Below the pieces are notes generated by a model. That model had not been told where the DNA came from and searched no databases. It was given only the letters and a program-made list of their open reading frames with translations. The translations under genes and the position numbers were made by a program. A stretch of 64,000 bases of DNA. It comes from Pseudovirgaria hyperparasitica (Eukaryota). The stretch lies in the NCBI GenBank assembly GCA_010093815.1, contig ML996584.1. One strand, written 5' to 3'. This document shows positions 51,006-64,000 of the stretch, piece after piece. Position 1 is the first letter of the stretch. Each line of letters opens with the position of its first letter.

Positions 51006-52830
51006 CTACATCGTCACAGCCACATCATCCGTCATAAACTTGTTGATATCGCCCAGAAAACATGCCGCAATAACACTGATGCCTCCAAAGGCAGTGCTGA
51101 CGTAGTATACATGCTTGTATGCCGCTGCGTACGCCAACTGTCCGGCGAGAACAACTGCATTATAGATCGTCTCATTGCCCTTAATTCCAGGGATTTCGGC
51201 AACGACATGCAACAATGATGCACCAGTCAGCTCTACGACTTCTCCAATGATGGCCGGCGAGGTGATGTTGTGCATAGCAAGTGTTCTGCCAATGTTCTCC
51301 ATTGCGTACGGGACGAACTTCTGCGCGAAGACATTGAAGTAGATGCAATATCCAATCGAACCGCCAATAACACGGATTGCAAGTGTCAGTGCAGTTACGG
51401 TCGCAATCAGGTCGTCAGGACAAACGATGGTCGTAATGATTGATGTCGGAACGACAATCCCGCCAATCCCCAGACTTCCGATCACTAGAACTATCCAAAT
51501 GATGTTCAGATTGTCTCTTTCGGCTGCAGCCAGGCCACCGCAACCCGCAGTCATTAGAATTGAGGACACGATGAGTAATTCGCGGTTTCGACCCCTGAAC
51601 CTGGACAGCAACAACAGAACGATAAGCGCACCAGTAAGAATACCGAAAGCGACGGGAAGACCTCGTATTCCAACACCCACAGGATCGTGGCCATATACGT
51701 TGAAGGCTTGTGCTGGCCAGAACATAACGAGCGAGAAGAAATTGGCACCAGATATGAAGGTGATCACAAGCGTAAGGAGCAGAATACGCGGCTCCCGGTG
51801 AAGACGCTTAGAATAGATTGGGTAGGAAGCAAACCAGCCCTCCCATACGACGAACGCGGCAAGCAGTCCAGCACCAATCAGTAGCGGCACCAGAACATGT
51901 ACTGAGGTCCATTTGTATTGATACCCTCCCCATTGCATGCCGGCCAAGAACAATATCAAGCCTGCAATGCTGAGGAAGCCACCAATGTAGTCAATCTTGG
52001 CAAGGACTTGCCTCCTGGTCATGTCTTGCAAATTGATTCGAGGCGGTGGGAAGTAGAAGACAACTAGCAGTGCGAGGCCGATGAAGTTCCACACGCTGCA
52101 TACAACACCAATATACCTCCAGGTGCTGTGGTACGCAATCAGTTGAGCCCAGAGGACGGAGGGACAGAATGGAACGATGCTGAGTACAAGCAAAGCTACG
52201 TATGTGCCACGTTTCCTGACTGGTGCGAGCTCTGACGTCGCAGCCAGAGCAGTAAGCTCAGTGATGCCAGCACCGATGCCGGCAAAGGTCATGCCGCAAA
52301 TAAACCAATTCATCGTATGAGCAGTGGAAGAGACTACCATCCCGAGGAGTATGAAGCAGGTTCCAAGGATTGCAACGTATCTAAGCTTGTCAATCAATGG
52401 ACAAATGAGCATTCTGCCTATACGACAAACCTTCGACCAAGCAAGTCGCTCAAACTTCCAACAAACGGACAAACGGCAGCAAGTGATAGCAGGTTAGCCA
52501 ACACAAACCAAATCCATCTATCAGTACCTCCAATATCACCATAGATGTATGGGGTAACACCACCAAACAGATACACTGGGATCTGCGAACCTGTCCATAT
52601 GATAGCCATGGCTACAAGAGACATGAGACGCTTTGTAGACACTGGACCACCTTGATGATTCTCGGGGTCTGAAGGGCTCGAATTAGCTTGACTGTACATA
52701 TAGTTTCCATCAGCTACTCACCTGCGAATCCGCTATCGGGAGACTTCACATGCTGAGCATATTGGGCGGTAGGCTTTTCCATCGCGGTAGCCGACTCATG
52801 GTCCGAACTGGAGCTATTTGGTATGGCCAT
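51006..52830 (-). CDS. MFS transporter, fungal Tri12-like 14-TM family
   Basis: WTGSQIPVYLFGG, GSLSDLLGR, ELTALAATSELAPVRKRG, FYFPPPR, IDYIGGFL and RVIGGSIG motifs; two introns. Confidence 0.9.
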
Positions 52831-54481
52831 AATGATAATGTGGATGAAAAAGGCAGTGATGAGCTGGACGACGCTCAATATAAGAGCGACAACAGGCGAA
52901 TGGATGTTCCACTCAAGTGTGTTTCGAGCTCCTCCTGTTTGCCAGCATTCGCAGCCAACATCAGGGCATCGTATGACAGTAGTAGGATGCGATGTATGTG
53001 ACAGTAGGATTTGATATACCGTGGATCCTTCAGTCATATATGTACATACGATATCCCTGAAATGCCTCACTCATCTTCTAGATGTGCAAGCACCAGCTTG
53101 CGACGCACCAACTTGCCCATGAACCCATGATAGTGTTGCCCAAAGAAGCACCAAGTCCGCTTTGCTGATTAGCTTCCCCCCAGATCCTAGCTCTTCGTCA
53201 CTGTAGAAAGTAAATGAAACTAATGCGCACCGAGACACTCTAGGATTCTTCCACAGTGCAAGTGTAAAATGCCGCTCACGCCACTGCACTTGGGCCTGCA
53301 CGAAGCGCAACAAAGCAACAGCCCGATAACTACAGTAAGTTAGGTACAAGGGGAATCCCAGCTCTTATCATCCAAATCCTTTTATGAAACAGTTACGCTA
53401 CGTAGTAACATCAAGTCACCTACAATATACCTACTCTATCCTCCTATAGCTCTACTGTGATAGTAAATTAAGCTTTTATACCCTAACACAGTTCATGGAA
53501 GATATAGATAGTATATTTTAACAGAGAAAAGAAAACGATTGCTTGAGAGCAAGTACTGATACATTATATCAAAATCCTTATATTGAGTTGCACACTACAA
53601 ACAATCATTAGTGTTGAATCTCGTCCACTTTTTTACAGTACCATGAAATGTCTTAAAAAGGGTAATAGACTCAACTCTTAGTCTTGAAACATTGTTCTCT
53701 ATGAAGGTTGGTTGTATTCTCAGCAAGGAGTATATTTGGTAGATAGTTTATAGAGCCTCTCAGGCCATAGATTACACAAGGATAGCTAAATATTTATGAG
53801 TGTTCTGACTGATTCTTGTATAACAGCTGCTGGGCGAAGTGCGGAGAACCTGGAGAGTCGCCACCACGCTGTCAGGGTGTTATTTTTGTTTCTAGTAATC
53901 CGCCCGAAGTAGGGACTGTTTATAGACGCGTGCAGCGACTAGGAGAACATGGTAGCGGGTTGACTTTGCGAAGTTGGGTAGACTGTTTATTAACTTTTGG
54001 AGATGCTCTCAGTGCTAATAGAACAGTAATGAGTAGATGTATTACTCGTCAACAAACAATCTACAGGCTGCCAGCCCGCCTGGAAAGGGTTTGCAGTGAT
54101 CGATAGCATCAGGTTGATTTCACGTCTGGCCAAATACATAGCTGTTGATTGCATCAGACCGTAGGTATTGTAGTGTATTCCACTCAAGAAGCTACTCATG
54201 AGTAGCTAACGGAATTTCCATTCTCGTGAACAACGCATTGGTAACACATCGAGTTGACTTCGATGTGTGCATTTAAGAAAACTATAACGCGGCCGCCAGA
54301 CAACAGAGTAGAGTACCCAAGAGAAACCAAACGCCGTTCAATGCAAATAACTCAAACAAAGGGAAACCAACATACGCAGCCAGCTCGGTCGTACTTTCGT
54401 CCCCAATCACTCTTCACTCATCGCAACATACAGGCATGGCTAAATCAGTGTTTCCTTCTCCTCCAAATATGCCACGTTCCA

Positions 54482-56869
54482 TTACCGGTGAGGTAGTATG
54501 CCTCTACCTCTCGACGCCCCTCGTGCTAGGAACGGACTAGGCATCTCGTCTCTTTCTGGGTCCCATTCTGCAGCGAATCTTGTCCCCGTCCTACGTTTTC
54601 CATCATCGCCAGAATCGCTGCCATAGCTACCGTCGCTCAATGGTGCTCTTCCTTGTGAGAGCTCGACTAGCGTTCGGCCTTGAAGATTCTTTCGCATAGC
54701 TATTTGACGCATCTCGTCAACGTTACCTCTCTTGCTTTTTAGTGTTGAGGCTGCTGTGGGAGCAAACGCTGACGAGAAATCCTTGACAGATGTCCCAGCG
54801 GGTGCATTCGGCCCGAGTTTACGTGTGGGACTTCCGCATTCGGTTGGCAAGGGCATCTTGCTCTTCCGCCGGTTGGGAGAAGTAGCAACAACAGGCACCG
54901 TGCTCGTAGGGCGAGGGCGAGTGCTGGCAGCGGTAGTGGCAGTTACAGCTCCAGTAGGTGCAAGAAGATTGGGCGCTGACCCAAGCCGGTGAGTGGGATT
55001 CAAGGTTGGTTTATTCTGTATGGGATTGAATGTCTTGAATGGATCATCCGCCATCGCCGTTTTCCTTGGTCGAGTAGGAGACGGAAGCGTAGGAAGTTCA
55101 TCATCCCCCAAGAAATCTGCATCTACATCATCATCGTCAGAAGGAAGGTCTGATGGTGACTCTGGGATCTTAGGCTCCCAACGCTCCGGAGCTTGAAACA
55201 AGTTCCGCTTTATGGGTAGCCGCCGTGGTGATAATGACAGCGCTCCTACACCCATCGGTGATGGCTCAGCCATCTGCACATCCATAGGTGATGCTATATT
55301 AGATCCCTGTTGAAACATGGTTTTGGCCCGCGTGAAGGGCGTTCGCGTCGGGCGTTTGGTGGGCCGGAAGGACGGCCTCGAAGCGTCGGGCGATTCGAGT
55401 GAGAGGTCAGAAAGATCCGTCTGACTTGGAAAATCTGATCTCGAGCCCAGAGTGCTATGCGACTTCCCATGGTTATCGCTGCTGTCTCCCACTTTATCCT
55501 CATCCGCCTCCATGGTTGGTGTCAACGAGCGAACAAATTCTCCATCGCTTGAGGAGTTCTCAGTCAAACGACGGTCTAGTTCTTGTGCCACACGTTTGCT
55601 AACTTCTCCTTCGAAAACTCGTTCCAACCTTTCCATCTCCAGCTGCACTTGGCGATCGATCTCTAGTCGAGCTTTGACCTCCCATTCTCTCCGGACCGCA
55701 GCGTCGATCTCGACACGAATGTTTGTATTTTGAAGCTCGATGCGAGTCATCTTACTGTTGAGCTCCTTGAGAGCCCTTGTAGCCTGATCCTTTTCATGTT
55801 TCATCTGTTGGGCCAAAATCACGACCTCCTGTTCCTTGCGCATGAGCTTTATGATTGGCAAATTGAGAAGCTGTGCAGTGCTTGGTCGATGACTCGGATT
55901 GGTCTGTAAGCAGCTGTCAATAACCTTTTGTAGCTCTCCGGAATAGCAAGCTGGTATCCTTTCCACTCGCCCAGCTCTGATCTTATTTATAAGATCGACG
56001 TGAGTCTTCGCATTGAATGGGGGCTCCTTTGCGCAAAGTTCATGAATGATACAGCCAAGGGACCATATATCAGAATGTAGAGTATAACGCTCGGCACTGC
56101 AGATTTCAGGGGACATATAGAATGGAGTGCCAACATATGTGGAAGCGAAATCGTGAGATTGCAAAATCTTTGAAAGCCCAAAGTCTCCGAGTTTGACAGA
56201 GTTGTCTTCTCCAAGAAAGACTACACAAGCATATCAGTAAAGTCTCCTACTAGACTAGGGTGATACCATACCATTCTCTGGCTTCAAATCGCGGTGCAGT
56301 ATCATGAACATGTTTTGTTTGCTCTTCAGCGGTTTTGCATTATTCCCCAGGCCCATGATATCGTGACCAACGTCGGGAGCATTCTCGCCATAGTGACATC
56401 GGTATAGAGCAGAAAGCATCTGAGAGAATACGCTCCAGACGAACTCTTCCTCTGCATACTGATTCTTTATTTTCAAGTTCTTAATCAGTCGACCAAGGTC
56501 ACCATTGCCGCAGTATTCCATATACAGGTGGAGGTCCTGAGACTCTTTGAGATGATCTCGTTCATAATACCGAACTATGTTTGGGTGGTGAAGTTCTTTT
56601 AGGATAGACAATTCTGCCTGTAGCTGTTCTCTTTCTTTCTGAGACATGCGTGTGTAGCTAATCTCTTTGCGACACAATATCTACGAAGGTCAGTCATGTC
56701 GCAACAGTAGGGCGAGCACCAGACCTGGTTGTCGCACTTCCTCCGGACTTTGCGGATGACGCCAAAAGAGCCATGGCCTATGCAAACTTTAGTTTTCGTT
56801 TTTGGTTAGATAGAAGGACAACTTACCTATCTTCTCCAGGACATCATATTTGTTGTCTTCGTCTGCCAT
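54482..56869 (-). CDS. nimA: NimA G2-specific Ser/Thr kinase
   Basis: YDVLEKI|GHGSFG, CRKEISY, LYRCHYG, ILHRDLKPEN, KLGDFG, YVGTPFYMSPE, coiled coil RREWEVKARLEIDR and C-terminal WDPERDEMPSPF. Confidence 0.95.
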
Positions 56870-57282
56870 TATGCTGGACTAGGAGTTATCGGGCGAGGTA
56901 AGAAGAGCGAAGAATGACCGCTGCTGCTGCTGTAATAACGAGGGCGGTGAATAAATTATCTGCGGCAAACATCAATCATATTTGTGTAGTAACGTCGTTT
57001 GCTGGAGCTTGCATCTTGCTAGTGAGAAGGTCAGGTTAGCCCTAGCAGGTTGCAATGCAATAGCAGTCGTGGTGGCGTGTTGACATGTTGGCACGGCAAC
57101 GAAGCGCCTCTGTCCACTCCCGACCCGGGGATGCCCGACCATTCTCCGCCACGATTATCAGAACATTTCGTCATCAGTCATCTAGATGACCTACTACTAC
57201 CAGGTAAATGCTCTGCCGACTCCCACTCTGCACATACTGAGATGGAGTCTTCGTGCATTGCCTCTCTTCTGTTTGCAACAAG

Positions 57283-59232
57283 ATGGCGGCGAACGTTGCG
57301 CACAAGTTTCAGATAGAGGCGGCCTTGCATGCAGAGAATCAAGCAATCTCGGCGGGAAACCTCAAGGAGGATAATCCTCTGGACCTGAGCGAGAATTTCA
57401 GGATCTTTTGCGAGGCATGCCGTCGAGGCGACTTGAGGACATGCCAGGAAATGATTCAGCTTGGGGTGAATATCAATGCGAGAGACAAGTTTGATTATAC
57501 GCCCTTGATTCTGGTGAGCACTGCTGCGCTAATCCGTTAACAAAGCCGCCTCGCTTACATGACGCTTCATCAGGCCAGTTTATGCGGCCATTACGAAGTC
57601 GCACAGCTCCTCCTCGAAGCCGGCGCATTATGTGAGCGCGACACATTCCAAGGCGAGCGCTGTCTTTACAATGCCTTGAATGATCGTATTCGTAACCTGT
57701 TGTTGTCTTATGACTATTCCAAGTTCACGGACCCCTTACAACCTTTCGCCGCACACATCACCTCTCTCCTTTCAATTGAAACCCCCAGAACGACCGATAT
57801 AACCTTGACGTCAGCCACTTCCGCCCCTTTCGAGCTGCACAAATTTGTCCTCGCAGCAAGGAGCCCTTACTTTGCAAAGAAGCTAGAGCAAGATCCAGGC
57901 ATACAGAACTGGAAGATATCCAATGATGTTCCCGGCCAGAGTTTCAGTGTCGCAGTGCGGTACTTGTACTTGTCCGAAGTTTCTATAGATCTGGGCGCGT
58001 CAGGCGAAGAGCAGGCTATCTTGGAAGGTATTGCGAAGATTTCGAAGCATCTTGAAATCGAGCGGCTGTTTGAGGACATGATAGAGGGCGGTGACCGACG
58101 ACTCGCTCGACAACGACGAACACAAGAGCTCGAGCGTGGCGCTGCTCAATTTGAACGATGGTTCAAGAATAACGTGCTGAAATATAAGGTGGAGTTGGAT
58201 TCGAGTAAAGTGGACGACGTGGTATGGGATCACAACAATGCAATGTTTGCAGACATCTTGCTCCGCGCAGACGAGGATGTTGAAGAAGACGAAGACGAAG
58301 ACGAAGACACAACGATTACGACAAATGACCGATTGTGTGCGAACGATCTCTCGCCGAACAGCATTGCCATCAGATCAACTTCCGTCTTGCGCTCGCCGTC
58401 GAAGCCACGCAAACCTCGACGGTCTACCATTTATCCTGCGCACCGTGCTATACTCCTTCGCTCGGACTTTTTCGCCACAATGTTCTCGTCGTCTTTCCGT
58501 GAAGCACAAACCACGCCTCACCTCCAAACAGTCTCCATTTCATGCTCACCTCGAGTCCTCGAAATCGTGCTCTCCTTTTTGTACACTGGAAAGACTGACT
58601 TTGGTCTGGAGGACGCAATTGACGTGCTTTTCACCGCAGACCTCTTATTCATAGATAAACTCAAAATGAAGGCGGCCACAATCATCAGTACTCTCGGAAA
58701 CGGCATGGACTCTATTGTTAATTCCGAGACCCCACAAGGCGAAACCGATATAGAAGACGTCATAGACATATTCGATGTCGTGCGGGCAGGGTGGGATACA
58801 CGTGTGCAGAGGCTAGAAGAGTTTGGCGCGCGATATATTGCGCAACGGCTAGAGCAATATATAGACTTAGAGGATTTCGCGGACCTGGTAAGAGAAAGCG
58901 CGAATAGAGTGCAGGCGCGACAGGAGACAGATACTGTCGAGCTAGTGGACGACATACGATACTATTTGTCTGAGCGCTTCCGTTTGCGGTTCGAGGACAC
59001 AACCTTCGATGAGACGAACGGGGAATCAGGGCCTCTTATCACCGTCGATGGGAAGTCGGTATTGGGCGGCGCTCAGGCGGGTGCCCAAGTTGCCACGGAG
59101 ATTGGAGTCGGGGAAGTACGGACTTTAGACGGAGAGCTTGCAGGCGATGAGTTTGAACAGGATGCGATTAATTATAAAATCTTGCTGGGAAAGATAGAGT
59201 CCCTACTTGAGAAACTGAAGTTGGACGCATAG
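57283..59232 (+). CDS. Ankyrin-repeat plus two-BTB/POZ-domain protein (Btb3/ABTB1-like Cul3 adaptor)
   Basis: EACRRGD, INARDKFDYTPLIL|ASLCGH, ERDTFQGERCLYNAL, LHKFVLAARSPYF, AHRAILLRSDFF and RQETDTVELVDDIR motifs; one intron. Confidence 0.92.
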
Positions 59233-59664
59233 TCCGATGGTTCGTTCATATACTATAGCAAGCGTTCAGTTTCTTGAAAATATAACCTAAAAAGCTATAT
59301 TGCCCATCTCATAATGAAAGCGTCGAGAATTACTGCATTTCACATTAAAGAATGCATAATTTTCAAACATAACATATCTTGAGAACAGATCGCTAGAGAC
59401 TCTGTTGACTACCTAATGTCCAACATCCCAAGCAAGGGATTTCAAGTTATGCCCGAGCATTACAGATTATATACACGTAAAACGCTCAACTTCTTCAGTA
59501 GTGCGTTGATTGCATTGATTGCGTTGGTTCTATGTCAGCAGCAGCGAAGAATAACGAGATCTTTATATGTTTGATCTTAGATAGGTCCGTGTCACTCTTA
59601 TCTATTTACTTGAGCCGTCGTTTTGCAGCTGATTCGTCAAACTGTTGTTTAGCACAAGCGGCTC

Positions 59665-59830
59665 TTATAGATAATTAACTATATAGAAGAAAGTAATAAA
59701 TAAATATATATATAGTGACGTATAGTATTTAACTATACTACTATCTATATATATAAGGGAACCTACCTTTATACATTTAGATAGTATGCCAAATTTCATG
59801 AATACTTTCTCCCTTATACTTTTGAACACA
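59665..59830. repeat. Short AT/TpA-rich RIP-like relic
   Basis: Abrupt composition shift with TATATA/CTATA runs, as in the RIP-affected repeats at the window start. Confidence 0.45.
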
Positions 59831-60295
59831 AACCCAGGATATCGAACAACGGGGGGAAATGTGATAGCGGAGCACTTCCGTGGTATATAAATCACCCCAA
59901 AGCCAATAACACCTAATCTTATAATAATGCACATATACAAATGATATCAATGAGTCTTCTCATCGTCGGTTGGTTGTTCATACGAAAGTCGGCGCCGTCG
60001 GGGCATAATGCTCGCACTGTTCGGTCTCAGCATTTCAAAGAATACTGGACTGACTATTGTCAAAGGACCTGACGATATTGTTAAAGAACATGCGGTGCCA
60101 ACAATATGCGCAACATCGATCACCCGAAAAGGTGACGGTCTTGAAAAGCTGGGGTCAAGGGAGTGTTGGGGTTCATCTGATCACTTCCATCACACATGCG
60201 CTCACGGTGAACAACGGCTTGTTTCTCCGTGGACTGACGTCCATCGGCTTCGTTGCGCTCTTGAGTGGACCCAACCATCTCGTATATTTGGTTTT

Positions 60296-61360
60296 TCAAG
60301 CCTTCCGTGTCGACAGGCGAAGCAGGTGTCTGAGGTAATCGATAGCATTATCCGGTACAACCATCATGGTTGAACCTGACGTTGAACCCTGGCCAGGTAG
60401 TTCGGCTTTCGGGATGACTTTGTTACTCTCCAGTTCGGCATCTCCGCTATCGGAGCTCTGTTCGGAGGTGATCCCTTGCCAGCCAGCGCAGTAGCCTCTG
60501 CGATGAACTTCTGCATAAACACTCGCTTCCGCCACCCTAGAAGCAAACCTAACAAACTTAGTACAGTACCACCTACTCCAAGGCCAGTCAAGCTTAAGAC
60601 TCAAGTCGTTCGATCGTATATCTTAATACTTACGCGAACCGGTCGCAGTAGTGGAGTTTGCGGAACAAAGATTTTCGTTCCTTAAGGGAGGATTGATCGT
60701 TACAATATGCGGCTGGACTCCAAGCTCCCAATCGTGTTGACACACCGAGAAGTTGTACCGCTTGAAGTCGACAATGACATATGCTTCTTGCAAGAACATG
60801 CGACCCTGTGCATATGGCCCACTATCTTGCGTGTGTCGTAGCGGGGAGTACATGGTGTTATTGTCTAGACTCCGATAGGGAGGTGTTGCTATAAGGTTAA
60901 AAGCGCTATAGGAGAGGATAATATCAACTGCAGGCCATCGAACCAGACTGACACCTAGCGTAAATTTCACATTGGCGTTGATGTCCTGCAGCGGCTTATG
61001 CAAAGTATCGTCATATAGCAAACCAAAGGCTCGTTTGACAAGGTGCACACTTGTTCTGGTAGCCAAAGCTTAGTGATGGTAAAGTCTATGAATGCGTAGC
61101 AAGGGCCCTCAAGAGTTCCATCGATTCTTACTTCTGTAAGCTGTCCATGACGACATTTTGGATACCCACCACTAGGTCACGGGAGTTGTCAGGAGCAAAA
61201 GGGAAGTTGACGTCCTTAGAAATAGATTTGCTGGCGTTCCAACACGAATCGTAAAAGTTGACCATCTACCATCAATCAGCCATAGTCATGTTTTTATTTA
61301 AGCTGAGGCTCACTGTCCGTCGATTTCATCCCAGTTTTTATTTGCTGTGAATGGCACAAA
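60296..61360 (-). pseudogene. Membrane-anchored aspartic protease (A1) pseudogene with internal deletion and frameshifts
   Basis: NWDEIDGQ|WSTFTIRVGTPA (intron 61266-61313) fused out of frame to SKDVNFPFAPDNSRDLVVGIQ; then a stop, AFIDFTITKLWLP, a frameshift to AFGLLYD, GRMFLQEAYVIVDF..YNFSV, and a TM segment with ELES/AELPG tail. Confidence 0.82.
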
Positions 61361-62137
61361 ATCCTTCCAGCTAAGCCTCAGTACGGCAATATCGGTTTGT
61401 AATCTCTAAACAGCACCTGTTATACATCGATCGTCCTACCAAGTTTTCCGACTGTGCCAACTGCTGCCAGTCTTGGCTCGGCAGAGGACAACAACAATCA
61501 CTGTGGACCATGTATCTTGGGTGCTCGAGATGCCTCTATTGATTACTGATTTCCACCGGCATACACCTATGCTCATTGCTGTATTTACTTTCGCTCTACT
61601 GAACGGAAACTACGACATCTACACACCTCAGCCGGCGAACAGAGACCTAGACATTACATCCGTCATACAGGGCACCCCCGCATACAGACTGAGCAGCCGC
61701 TATGATTCCGACACTTGTGTGACGATCATCTTTGATGTACCGCACCGTACTTGAACAGACCGTCCGCAGCGTCCACCCCAGCAGTCTTTAAAACAGCGTA
61801 CATTGCGTTAGCCCAAAGGCAGACCACAATCAGTCGTAAGGATCCTTGGTCCCACGTTATCCATACACAACCAGCCACCCGTTAGCGTGACTATCACGGC
61901 TTAATGAGGGACAATCGCCTTCATGTAAGTGACCCGAATCTACTTTATATGAAATATTCATCGTATACCATATTTCTCTAGCTCCAAATCTAGACCGCAA
62001 CTCGCACCTTAATCAAGTCTCACATTTGGTCATACCCAAGATAATCACAAGCCACGATTCTTCCTATAAACTATGTCTTCTTTGGCCTCATGTGTTCGTA
62101 GCGATCGTTCTTCAGGAGATTTTGAACGGAATGCTGA

Positions 62138-63620
62138 TTGGAAAGAATTTCAACGACTTCTTTCGTAGCTCTTACCACATACGAGGTAGAGCGAATGCAA
62201 AACATAAATATCAGTAGCACTGCCACATACATCTCCACTACCATGACCCTCGAGAGCACTTACGTATTCAATTACGTTGGCCACAGTCTTGACTCTGCTT
62301 CATATGGAACAGGAATCATACCTCAAGACTTCCTCTATCAAATCCATGAACGGACGTGTACAGCTGGTGAATGGCATGGAGATGTTACTGTTCTCGTTCT
62401 TGTCAAGTTGGTGTATGCGTCGATCAACCCGAATGAGGCTGCCGTAGGAGTCCTTCAATTAAGCGTCCGTCCATTCTGATAATACTCACCCGTTGTGCTA
62501 GAATCATCTCTCTCGACTGATCCAATTGGACCCAAGCAAACAGCCCATCAAACAAAAAGCAAGCCGATCCATTGGAGCGATCCCACTCTTGCAGCGTTCA
62601 GCGCGCTTTAATCACTTTAGCGTTATTTGCCTATCCTGCATCACCAGTAGATTCATTCCTGGCCACAGTCACTCCAGTGTATTCTATTAAGTCTACAGCT
62701 TCCCTCGATTCATCGTTTGCAGTATTCACGAGCAAAACGAACGTCAATCTTGTTTACATGACCCGTGTAGTGTGGAAAATCAAGATAGAAATTAGAATCA
62801 TCACTTTCACCAAGCATTACCGCCACACATTTCAACAACAGTCCTAACACCTTGACAGGTGGCCAACAGCTCATTGGAAACGATGCTACCGACGGGACAC
62901 CACGCCAAACTGGTATAGTCGACTCTCCAGAGCTAGAAGGGGTACTCTGCTCACCACCGATTCTTACGTTAGGCAGTCATACAGTGACCGGGACCGCTGC
63001 AACACAATATTACTTTAGGCCGGGAGCAGTCTTAATATCTGGTGAGACTATTATGGTCGATGCTACAATTATCGGTCTTGACGCTTGAGCTCACTATCTT
63101 ATCATTGGAGGGTCATCGTCATACATCCCAACAGTCGCAACACCAGTTCCTATGCTCAATGTAGATGACACGAAGTATCCGCTTCAACCTGGTAACTCAA
63201 TCATCATTCAAGGACAAAGGCTTGTTGCTGGGTCCGTCATAAATGTTACACCAGATATGCGCATGCTACAGCTGCACCCGTACTTCCAATCGACGGAGCC
63301 AAGTTCACAGCAACACCTGGATCTGGAACGAGCTATGCGATAGGGGTCAATATCTAATACCTGATGGTCAGATCATAGTCGCGAATCTGACGATGTCACT
63401 GACACCTTTTGCTACGGCACTTGTGATCAATAGTGCCACTACAACTCTGTTGAGTCCTCAGTCTCAAGCTACGAATGCACCACTGCTGTCATTGAACGGG
63501 CAGACAATCGCTGCCGACCCGCAGACCGCGTACACTATTGACGGGCAGACCTCTACAACGTCGGATGCCTCGCCAGATCTAGACTCAGCTACCACGACCT
63601 ACCAAATTGTACGTCTCGCC
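62138..63620 (+). pseudogene. Degenerate Ser/Thr-rich cell-surface protein gene
   Basis: Fragments such as PPILTLGSHTVT, LIIGGSS, PGNSIIIQGQRLVAGSVI, ALVINSATTTL and PLLSLNGQTIAAD lie in shifting frames, separated by stops with no evident intron signals. Confidence 0.55.
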
Positions 63621-64000
63621 CATACCGAAACCGGAAATGCACTGAATGTAATGGTGCCCGACTTAACTTTCGCCTTGTTCGTTGGGGCTCCTCTTGTATT
63701 TGCTCTAATCTGGAATAAGTTCGATCCCTCATGTGAAACGCTTCAACTTAAATTTGGCTTTGAAGCAAGGACAAACACAAATTTTATATTTACATGTTTT
63801 CTCCCCTTTCGACAGCGTTGGACTCCTTTGTAGTCTTCGGAACATTTGTAAAAAGGGAGAACTACGATGCTTATTAATAACTACATCATTAACTCATCTT
63901 ATATAGCTGGCGCCTAGCGTGCACATATACAGTTTGAAATCGCCATGATCTTAAGGTGGATGATCTCTCTTAAGAAGAAGACATTGTCACTAAATCTGGA

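Noticed and set aside
53400..53800. Mildly AT-rich patch between the MFS gene and nimA
   Set aside because: CpA/TpG is still common and no repeat or coding motif is recognisable; insufficient to call a RIP relic.
1..64000. CRISPR arrays, rRNA genes, tRNA genes, prokaryotic operon signals
   Set aside because: Eukaryotic intron-containing DNA; none were seen by eye.

Overview
Genomic DNA from a filamentous ascomycete, with spliceosomal GT-AG introns and RIP-mutated repeats. There are three zones. (1) 1-6800: an AT/TpA-rich, RIP-destroyed Ty3/Gypsy chromovirus on the minus strand plus repeat debris. (2) About 6800-19500: an accessory-looking island with an APH-like phosphotransferase, a multi-exon NB-ARC/TPR NLR head-to-head with an uncharacterised C-terminal-TM protein, a pyroglutamyl-peptidase I head-to-head with a CmcJ/AsaB-like enzyme, a RIP-mutated ~460-bp foldback element whose terminal motif recurs 10 kb away, and a GNAT acetyltransferase. 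(3) About 20000-59300: largely core genes, namely a secreted DPBB protein, DUF3455, ALDH3, UPS1, a thioesterase, RPL24, a non-coding host gene with two intronic box C/D snoRNAs, RPL14, EGD2, ATP7, GH16, a CBM18 membrane protein, CNL1, an MFS pump, nimA and an ankyrin-BTB protein. A decayed tail (59660-64000) holds an internally deleted aspartic-protease pseudogene and a degenerate Ser/Thr-rich surface-protein gene. All calls are by-eye motif recognition; no database search was run, and exon boundaries are manual.
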